A DNA stretch of 64,000 nucleotides from an uncultured candidatus Porisulfidus sp. (GTDB taxonomy: Bacteria; Pseudomonadota; Gammaproteobacteria; Poriferisulfidales; Poriferisulfidaceae): contig CBDASZ010000001.1 of NCBI GenBank assembly GCA_965199755.1, positions 800,001 through 864,000 on the forward strand, given 5' to 3'. The position numbers and the translations under genes were made by a program. Shown here in pieces: positions 57,424 to 64,000 of this stretch. The notes beneath the pieces were generated by a model. It was given only the letters and a program-made list of their open reading frames with translations. It was not told where the DNA came from and did not search any database. The number at the start of each line of letters is the position of its first letter. Positions within the stretch are counted from its first letter, which is position 1.

Positions 57424-58197
57424 ATGAATTTTCGCGTACAACTAATTGCTTTTCAAACGATTTTGATTCGCGAATACTTGCGTTTCATGCGTATCTGGAT
57501 TCAGACTTTACTGCCTCCCGCCATCACCACCGGGTTGTATTTCATCATTTTCGGTGAATTGATCGGCTCGCAATTGTCCGATATTTCCGGCTATCGCTAT
57601 ATGGACTACATCGCGCCCGGCCTGATTCTTATGTCCGTGATCACGAATGCGTATGCCAATGTTGTCTCTTCCTTCTACAGTTCCAAGTTCCAGCGCCACA
57701 TTGAGGAGTTGATGATCTCACCTGTTTCAAATGGCGTGATTCTGGCTGGATATGTGGCCGGCGGCGTAATGCGCGGCATGGTGGTTGGACTGGTGGTGAC
57801 GCTGGTGACCGCCCTGTTCGCAAAAATCCCTCTCTATAACCTGGGATTGATCCTGGGCGTCTCCCTGCTGACCTGCATCCTATTCTCGCTGGCCGGCTTC
57901 ATCAATGCGATCTACGCGAAAAGTTTCGATGATATTTCCATCATCCCAACCTTTGTCCTCACACCATTGACTTATCTGGGCGGGATTTTCTACTCGCTGG
58001 ATATGCTTCCATCGTTTTGGCAGCAAGTCTCTCTGATTAACCCGATCCTGCACATGATCGGTCTGTTCCGCTACGGCTGGATGGGTATTCAGGAGGTCAG
58101 TCTGGTGAACTCTATCGCGCTGATTGTAGGTATGACCATCGTGCTAGCCTACATTTGTCTGCTTCTGTTGCGCCGTGGCACAGGCATTCGCAGTTGA
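57424..58197 (+). CDS. ABC-2 type transporter permease (YadH-like)
   Basis: 'RIWIQTL.PP.IT..LYF.IFG', 'PGLI.MSVITN.Y.NV', 'LTPLTYLGG.FYS'. Confidence 0.9.
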   Translation: MNFRVQLIAFQTILIREYLRFMRIWIQTLLPPAITTGLYFIIFGELIGSQLSDISGYRYMDYIAPGLILMSVITNAYANVVSSFYSSKFQRHIEELMISPVSNGVILAGYVAGGVMRGMVVGLVVTLVTALFAKIPLYNLGLILGVSLLTCILFSLAGFINAIYAKSFDDISIIPTFVLTPLTYLGGIFYSLDMLPSFWQQVSLINPILHMIGLFRYGWMGIQEVSLVNSIALIVGMTIVLAYICLLLLRRGTGIRS

Positions 58198-58200
58198 AAA

Positions 58201-58276
58201 TGGCGTCCCCAAGGGGATTCGAACCCCTGTTGCCGCCGTGAAAGGGCAGTGTCCTAGGCCTCTAGACGATGGGGAC
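58201..58276 (-). tRNA. tRNA-Glu (TTC)
   Basis: Reverse complement GTCCCCATCGTCTAGAGGCCTAGGACACTGCCCTTTCACGGCGGCAACAGGGGTTCGAATCCCCTTGGGGACGCCA: 76 nt, TTC anticodon, TTCGA T-loop, CCA end. Confidence 0.97.
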
Positions 58277-58401
58277 GCGACGATTCGCGGCATTGATCTG
58301 CCGCAATAATGTAGCCGCTACAGGATTTTTCCGTCTAAAGCCCTATTTTACACAATAAGCGTAATCCCCCTGCTCTCACCTGCTTTGCTCGATACTCTCT
58401 A

Positions 58402-59109
58402 ATGCTTGAATACGACCCGTACAGAACGATAGACAGTGTCCAAATTTACTATGTGGACCTGACAGAAGATACTGCTCGCGAACAATATGCAATCCACTTG
58501 CTCAATGCCACAGAGCAGGCGCGTATGCAGGAATATCGAGTCACTGAGGTGCGGCGTCGCTTCGTGCTGATGCGCGCAACCCTGCGCACACTGTTATGCG
58601 ACAGACTCGACTGTGATAACGCACAACTGGACTTTGAGAAGCTCTCACACGGAAAGCCCTACGCATGCATCGAAGGTGCCTCTGCCACCATCAGCTTCAA
58701 TATCACGCACAGCGACACGCATGGCCTGATTGCCATAGCACCCGATCGAGATATAGGCGTGGATCTGGAGATCTATTCCAGCAGTCGAGATATTTCCGGC
58801 ATCACCAAGGCCGTGTTCAGCCCAGAAGAGCAAGCCGTGCTGACAGCGGCATCTGAAGAACAGCGAGTACGTCTGTTTTATCGACTTTGGACTCTAAAGG
58901 AAGCACTGCTCAAGGCTTGGGGAACGGGCCTCTCTTTAGCGCCCGCCAGCTTCCAGATCCCAGACTCAATGCTCGCGTATGGCAATGACTCCGGGATCAT
59001 CTCTCCTCCACAAGACCCTGAAAGCATCTGGAGACTTGAAAGCATTGGCAATGAACGCTTCGCGGCCGCGGCCGCCTGGAAATCAGACCCCCTTGACGAT
59101 ACTGATTAA
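58402..59109 (+). CDS. Sfp-type 4'-phosphopantetheinyl transferase
   Basis: 'GKP', 'FNITHS', 'IGVDLE', 'WTLKEALLKA.G.GL'. Confidence 0.92.
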   Translation: MLEYDPYRTIDSVQIYYVDLTEDTAREQYAIHLLNATEQARMQEYRVTEVRRRFVLMRATLRTLLCDRLDCDNAQLDFEKLSHGKPYACIEGASATISFNITHSDTHGLIAIAPDRDIGVDLEIYSSSRDISGITKAVFSPEEQAVLTAASEEQRVRLFYRLWTLKEALLKAWGTGLSLAPASFQIPDSMLAYGNDSGIISPPQDPESIWRLESIGNERFAAAAAWKSDPLDDTD

Positions 59110-60494
59110 GCGCCGATCGCCTGCCGGATACGCCCCAGTGTCTGCTCGCGCCCCAACAGCAGCAATGTGTCTTCAATCGACGGTGAGATTGAGCCTCCAG
59201 TCACAGCCACACGGATAGGTTGCGCAACAACACCCGCCTTAACCCCGCGTGTCTCAATAATCCCCTGAAGCCACGAATGAATCGCTTCGTGCGTCCAGTC
59301 GATTGACTCCAGTTGCGGAATGAACTCACCGAGCATGCTGCGCGCCTCATCAGTCATAAACTTGTCCCATGCTTTCGAATCTCGCTCAGGCTGTTCCTGC
59401 ATGAGCCACTGACTTTGCGTCGCAACATCACGCATGGTGCGACATCGCGCACGCTGCACTTCCAGCAAGCCTGTACGACTCCCTGCTTCCATGGGTTCGT
59501 ATGGCAATTCCAGACGCTCGCAATGCCAGTCAAATTCTGTATCCAGTTCTTCTTGCGACACTCGACTCATCTGTTGCTGATTGACCCACAGCATCTTTTT
59601 CGGATCAATCCGGCTGGCTGCTGGGTTGAGTCCCTCCAAATCAAACAATCTCACCAAATCATCAACCGAGAACAATTCCTCATCGCCATGCGCCCAGCCT
59701 AATCGCGCTAGCACATTGAGTACTGCCGTCGGTAAAAAGCCTTCCTCGCGATAATTCAGAACATCCGCAGCTTGCGCACGCTTTGACATCTTGCGTCCCT
59801 GCTCGTCGAGGATCATCGGCAGGTGTGTGTAGGTCGGTGCTTCGGCTCCCAGCGCTTCCAAAATGTGAACCTGACGCGGTGTGTTATTGAGGTGGTCATC
59901 GCCACGAATAACATGAGTCACTCCGGCATCCAGATCATCCACGACCACAGCCAAATGATAGGTCGCGACATCACCGCGACGCGCGATAACCAGATCGTCC
60001 AGTTCGCTGTTGCCGAAACGCACCTCGCCTTTTAAGGTGTCGGAGATCACTACCTCACCTTCTACAGGTGTTCGAAAGCGCACTACCGTATCTGCGGAAG
60101 GATCTAGTCCTCGGTCCCGGCAATGGCGGTCGTAGCGCGGTTTCTCGCCGGCTGCCTGCTGTTGCGCGCGCATCTGTTCCAGTCGTTCTGGTGAGCAATC
60201 ACAGTAATACGCATGGCCTGAGTCGACCAGTTGCTGTATCACTTCCCGGTGCCGTGCCTCCCGCTGCGACTGGAGGACAATCTCGCCGTCCCAGTCCAGT
60301 CCCAGCCAATACAGTGCGGACATGATCTGCGCGGCATATTGCTCTTGTGAGCGCTTGCGGTCCGTATCTTCGAGGCGCAGCACGAAACGACCTTCGTGGT
60401 GCCGCGCAAATAACCAGTTGAACAAGGCCGTACGCGCACCTCCCAGGTGCAATGCTCCGGTCGGGCTGGGTGCAAAGCGGGTACAGACAGTCAT
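59106..60494 (-). CDS. gltX: Glutamate--tRNA ligase
   Basis: 'RFAPSPTG.LHLGG.RTAL', 'IRGDDHL.NT', 'KMSKR'. Confidence 0.95.
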   Translation of the reverse strand: MTVCTRFAPSPTGALHLGGARTALFNWLFARHHEGRFVLRLEDTDRKRSQEQYAAQIMSALYWLGLDWDGEIVLQSQREARHREVIQQLVDSGHAYYCDCSPERLEQMRAQQQAAGEKPRYDRHCRDRGLDPSADTVVRFRTPVEGEVVISDTLKGEVRFGNSELDDLVIARRGDVATYHLAVVVDDLDAGVTHVIRGDDHLNNTPRQVHILEALGAEAPTYTHLPMILDEQGRKMSKRAQAADVLNYREEGFLPTAVLNVLARLGWAHGDEELFSVDDLVRLFDLEGLNPAASRIDPKKMLWVNQQQMSRVSQEELDTEFDWHCERLELPYEPMEAGSRTGLLEVQRARCRTMRDVATQSQWLMQEQPERDSKAWDKFMTDEARSMLGEFIPQLESIDWTHEAIHSWLQGIIETRGVKAGVVAQPIRVAVTGGSISPSIEDTLLLLGREQTLGRIRQAIGA

Positions 60495-60639
60495 GGTGTG
60501 AAATTATGCAGCCCGAAGGTGGTCTTTCTTCGGTAGCGTCATCTTACTCTGTGCCCTGCGGTAGGCCGTCATCTGTAAAATTACAATACCTTGCCAATCG
60601 AATAATGACCATTCTTTAAGTCTGCTCTTCCCTTCGCTC

Positions 60640-61737
60640 ATGTTTCTTGAGACTTATCAAACGCAACTTGATCAGCGACAGTTTTCTTTCGATCCCGCAC
60701 AGCAGGATGCGGCGCAAGAACTCCAGCGCATCTACGATGGGCTGACCCAATCCTCCCGCGGGCGAGCACTTATCCGAAAGCGCCTCAACAAACTCACACG
60801 CTCCAAAAATTCCAGCGACACCATGGGCCTCTGGCTGTGGGGTTCGGTCGGCAGTGGCAAGACCTACATGATGGACTTGTTCTTCAATTCTCTGCCGATG
60901 AAGCAAAAGCGCCGTATGCACTTTCATCGTTTCATGCGCCACATACACCACAAACTCAAAGCCATCTCTGACAAACAAAACCCTCTCGACCTGATCACTG
61001 CGCACTTTGCAAAGCGCTATCGCGTGCTGTGCCTGGATGAGTTTTTTGTATTGGACGTAGCGGACGCAATGCTGCTCGCCGGACTTCTGGAGGGTCTGTT
61101 CAAGCATGGGATCATCGTGGTCGCCACCTCCAACTCACACCCGGACGACCTGTACAAAGACGGTTTGCAGCGACAGCGATTCCTGCCGGCGATTGATCTG
61201 ATTAAGGAGCACATGACTCCGTTTGAGTTGAGTGCCGCCTGCGACTATCGACTGCATCATTTGGAGCGCACACAGACCTACTGCCTGAGCGACCAGCCTG
61301 ATGCTGAACAAAATCTGGCGCAGTACTTCGATCATCTGGCGTCCAGCGTCGTTGAGGAGGATACTACCGTTGAAGTGGAAGGCCGCCAGATTCCGGTGCG
61401 ACGCCTGTCGCACGATGCTATCTGGTTTGATTTCGACGCCTTGTGCGAATCCCCACGCTGTGCCAACGACTACATTGCTATCTCGCGCTGCTTTCATACT
61501 GTGCTGCTCTCCAACATTCCTGTCTTTGGTCAGGAACAGGAAGACAGCGCCCGGCGCTTTATCGAAATGATCGATGAGTTCTATGATCACGGCGTCAAGC
61601 TGATTGTTTCCGCCGCCGCTGAACCGGACGCGCTGTATCAGGGCAAGCGTCTGCAGCGCGAGTTCGAGCGTACCAGCAGTCGGCTCTATGAGATGCGCAC
61701 CTCTGAGTACCTCCAACTCCAACACCAGCTTCACTAA
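60640..61737 (+). CDS. zapE: AFG1-family ATPase ZapE
   Basis: 'WGSVGSGKTY.MD.F', 'HFHRFM', 'DEF.V.D..DAM', 'LYKDGLQR', 'RT.SRL.EM'. Confidence 0.92.
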   Translation: MFLETYQTQLDQRQFSFDPAQQDAAQELQRIYDGLTQSSRGRALIRKRLNKLTRSKNSSDTMGLWLWGSVGSGKTYMMDLFFNSLPMKQKRRMHFHRFMRHIHHKLKAISDKQNPLDLITAHFAKRYRVLCLDEFFVLDVADAMLLAGLLEGLFKHGIIVVATSNSHPDDLYKDGLQRQRFLPAIDLIKEHMTPFELSAACDYRLHHLERTQTYCLSDQPDAEQNLAQYFDHLASSVVEEDTTVEVEGRQIPVRRLSHDAIWFDFDALCESPRCANDYIAISRCFHTVLLSNIPVFGQEQEDSARRFIEMIDEFYDHGVKLIVSAAAEPDALYQGKRLQREFERTSSRLYEMRTSEYLQLQHQLH

Positions 61738-61766
61738 AATAGGACTTATTACCACCGGACACTCTG

Positions 61767-62750
61767 ATGCAGACACAACCCAAACGCATAGCCATCACTG
61801 GCGCTGCCGGCAACATCGCCTATCAGGCCATGTTTCGCATCGCTGCCGGAGAACTTCTGGGCGCACAGCAAACCGTGGCCCTCAATCTGGTCGATATTCC
61901 TCCCGCCATGCCCTCTTTAGGCGGCACTGCTATGGAGCTGGAAGACTGCGCCTTCCCGCTGTTGCGCGACGTGGTGCTGGCGGACAATCCCGAAGAGGGT
62001 TTCGCTAATGCCGACTATGTGTTCATGTTCGGTGCGCGCCCGCGTGGCAAAGGCATGGAGCGCAGTGACCTGCTGCAGGAAAACGGCAAGATTTTCGGCC
62101 CACAAGGCCGCGCCCTGAATGATGTCGCCAATCCCGATGTGCATGTACTGGTCATCGGCAACCCAGCCAACACCAATGCCTTGATCGCCGCCCACCATGC
62201 GCCCGATCTGAACCCAAGCCAGTTCTCCGCCATGACACGGCTTGACCACGAGCGCGCACGCTCGCAGCTGGCCATCAAGACAGGAGAGACCGTGGCGGAA
62301 GTCGCCCGCATGACTATCTGGGGCAATCACTCACCACAAATGCACCCGGACATCGGTTACTGCACGATCGCCGGCACGCCGGCACGAGATCTAGTCGACA
62401 ACGAGTGGTACAGCGACACCTTCATTTCTGCCATCCAGCAGCGCGGGGCTCGTGTGATTGAGGCACGCGGCGCATCCTCCGCAGCCTCTGCAGCCAATGC
62501 CGCAATCCTGCATATGCGCGACTGGGTGAGCGGCACTCCCAAAAACAACTGGACCAGCATGAGCGTTTTGTCGGATGGCGCGTACGGTATTGCCGAAGGC
62601 CTGATCTTCTCATTCCCCTGCCGCTGTGAAGAATCCGGTTATACCATCATCCGTGACCTGGAACTGGACGACTTCGGGCGTGAGCGGCTCAAAGCTAACG
62701 AAGAAGAACTGCTCGCAGAGCGCGACGCCGTGCGCGATCTGCTCCAGTAG
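61767..62750 (+). CDS. mdh: Malate dehydrogenase (MDH type 2)
   Basis: 'TGAAGNIAY', '[11 protein letters not shown]', '[11 protein letters not shown]', 'GNPANTN', 'MTRLDH', 'WGNHS'. Confidence 0.95.
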   Translation: MQTQPKRIAITGAAGNIAYQAMFRIAAGELLGAQQTVALNLVDIPPAMPSLGGTAMELEDCAFPLLRDVVLADNPEEGFANADYVFMFGARPRGKGMERSDLLQENGKIFGPQGRALNDVANPDVHVLVIGNPANTNALIAAHHAPDLNPSQFSAMTRLDHERARSQLAIKTGETVAEVARMTIWGNHSPQMHPDIGYCTIAGTPARDLVDNEWYSDTFISAIQQRGARVIEARGASSAASAANAAILHMRDWVSGTPKNNWTSMSVLSDGAYGIAEGLIFSFPCRCEESGYTIIRDLELDDFGRERLKANEEELLAERDAVRDLLQ

Positions 62751-62877
62751 TTTCTCCGGCTCGAGTTTGATGATTGAACCTCACCAAACCCGCCGTTTTG
62801 CTAAAAACATGGTGTAGAATAAAACTGGCACTATCAAATTTAGCATAATGCTGATATCGCTCAATGAGGTTATCCAC

Positions 62878-64000
62878 ATGCAAATTCCAACCGACTACCT
62901 TCCCGGTTATGAAAAAGCCAAACTGCTAGATAAAGATTTGGCGGATGCGTTCGTTGCCCATACGATGATCGGCGACCCTGTTGCCGATGCGGCAATGGAA
63001 GCTCTCGAAGAATATGAAACCGAAGAGCAACACGAACTCATCCAAGCCGGACTTGAAAACGACGAAGATAAGTTTCGGGATGCGCCAGACGCCTTGAAAG
63101 AATTTCTGGAAGTCGTCTCCAACCCGCCGCCGCATATCGTTTTCGACCCCGACAAGGCGCTGCCTGGCACCCTCGCCTTCTATCGCGATTCCGACATGTT
63201 TCTGGTCGGCCTGGCGCTGGAGTCGCTGACCGGCCTGTCAGAAGGACTGGCCAAGGCGTTCTATGTAACGGAGCGCGCGCTCAACAACCTGCGCCGCTTC
63301 AAGCAGAACACGCGCCACATTATTGAGATCACCTTGCCCGGCGGCATGGACCGCTTCGGCGATGGCTGGAAACTGTCCGTTCGCATTCGGTTGGTGCACT
63401 CCCGCGTGAGACGCCTGCTGTACAACTCCGAACATTGGGACATTCCGGCTGAGGGAATCCCGCTGCACATGGCGCACATGGGCATGGCGTCCACCGGATT
63501 CTCAATGCTGAATCTGCAGTCCGCGCGAAAGTTGGGCGTCAAACTAACTGAAGAGGAAAGCGAAGGATTCATGCACATCTGGCACTACGTGGCCTGGCTA
63601 TTTGGAGTTCCGGACAGATTGCTCCAGTATATGGAATCCGAAGCCTCCGCCAGGTATTTCAGAAATATCGCCCTCACTTGCGAATGCCCTCCGGGACCGA
63701 TGGCAACGGCTGTCGCGAAAGGATACATTGGCGCGGTGCCCGACATCCTGCAAGTCGAGGACGAAGAGCGTGAGAAACTGATGCGCACCCTCTTTCGCGT
63801 GGCTCGCGCGCTGGTCGGCGACAAGGATGCTGATGCGCTGAACTTCCCGAAGATGATGACCGTGGGAACCTTGCCACTTGTCAAAATGCAGCGGAAAATG
63901 CGGAAGAAATATGCGAACTACCTGGGTGACGAGCAGTCATTCGCGTTCAAGAATTTCTTTGCCCTGCTGCAGCAGTCGGTCTATGACGATACTGGAATCA
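62878..64000 (+). CDS. Oxygenase MpaB/DUF2236 (Lcp-like) family protein, runs off the window end
   Basis: Absent from the ORF track because it has no stop; translated by hand from ATG 62878 after GAGGT: MQIPTDYLPGYEKA...GDPVAD...GWKLSVRIRLVHSRVRRLL...HIWHYVAWLFGV. Confidence 0.8.
   Translation, partial: MQIPTDYLPGYEKAKLLDKDLADAFVAHTMIGDPVADAAMEALEEYETEEQHELIQAGLENDEDKFRDAPDALKEFLEVVSNPPPHIVFDPDKALPGTLAFYRDSDMFLVGLALESLTGLSEGLAKAFYVTERALNNLRRFKQNTRHIIEITLPGGMDRFGDGWKLSVRIRLVHSRVRRLLYNSEHWDIPAEGIPLHMAHMGMASTGFSMLNLQSARKLGVKLTEEESEGFMHIWHYVAWLFGVPDRLLQYMESEASARYFRNIALTCECPPGPMATAVAKGYIGAVPDILQVEDEEREKLMRTLFRVARALVGDKDADALNFPKMMTVGTLPLVKMQRKMRKKYANYLGDEQSFAFKNFFALLQQSVYDDTGI

Noticed and set aside
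58201-58276. tRNA-Glu as the integration site of an island
   Set aside because: No duplicated tRNA 3' end or integrase seen; its 3' end directly abuts a housekeeping-type ABC permease.
1-64000. CRISPR array, cas genes, rRNA, transposases or intact prophage
   Set aside because: No regularly spaced direct repeats or such genes were seen by eye; intergenic spaces are short.

Overview
64-kb chromosomal segment of a GC-rich gammaproteobacterium, probably spanning the replication terminus: a dif-like XerCD site lies at 46725-46752 and six KOPS-like octamers point to it from the left. Most of the window is housekeeping: lolE/D, exbBD, an in-frame msbA-lpxK fusion, kdsB, surE-pcm-nlpD, alaC-hom-thrC, purB, fumC, acnA, mnmA, clpA, infA, the fab-pabC-mltG-tmk-holB operon interrupted by manC, an Lpp-like lipoprotein with an L,D-transpeptidase, dusA, tRNA-Glu, gltX, zapE and mdh. 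It also carries a tetrahydromethanopterin (H4MPT) C1-transfer cluster (mptG-mtdB-orfY-mch-orf5-orf7-fae). There are two main candidates for novelty. (1) A 408-aa protein between the H4MPT and molybdopterin genes appears to combine a Zn-finger, a catalytically dead LAGLIDADG-like domain and a QueD/PTPS pterin-binding domain with an altered active site, and may be a pterin-sensing regulator domesticated from a homing endonuclease. (2) An AT-richer island beside the dusA 5' end encodes a Type ISP-like restriction-modification enzyme split by a G13 homopolymer, a likely phase-variation switch, plus decayed phage-like small ORFs. All family assignments come from motif recognition by eye; no database searches were run.
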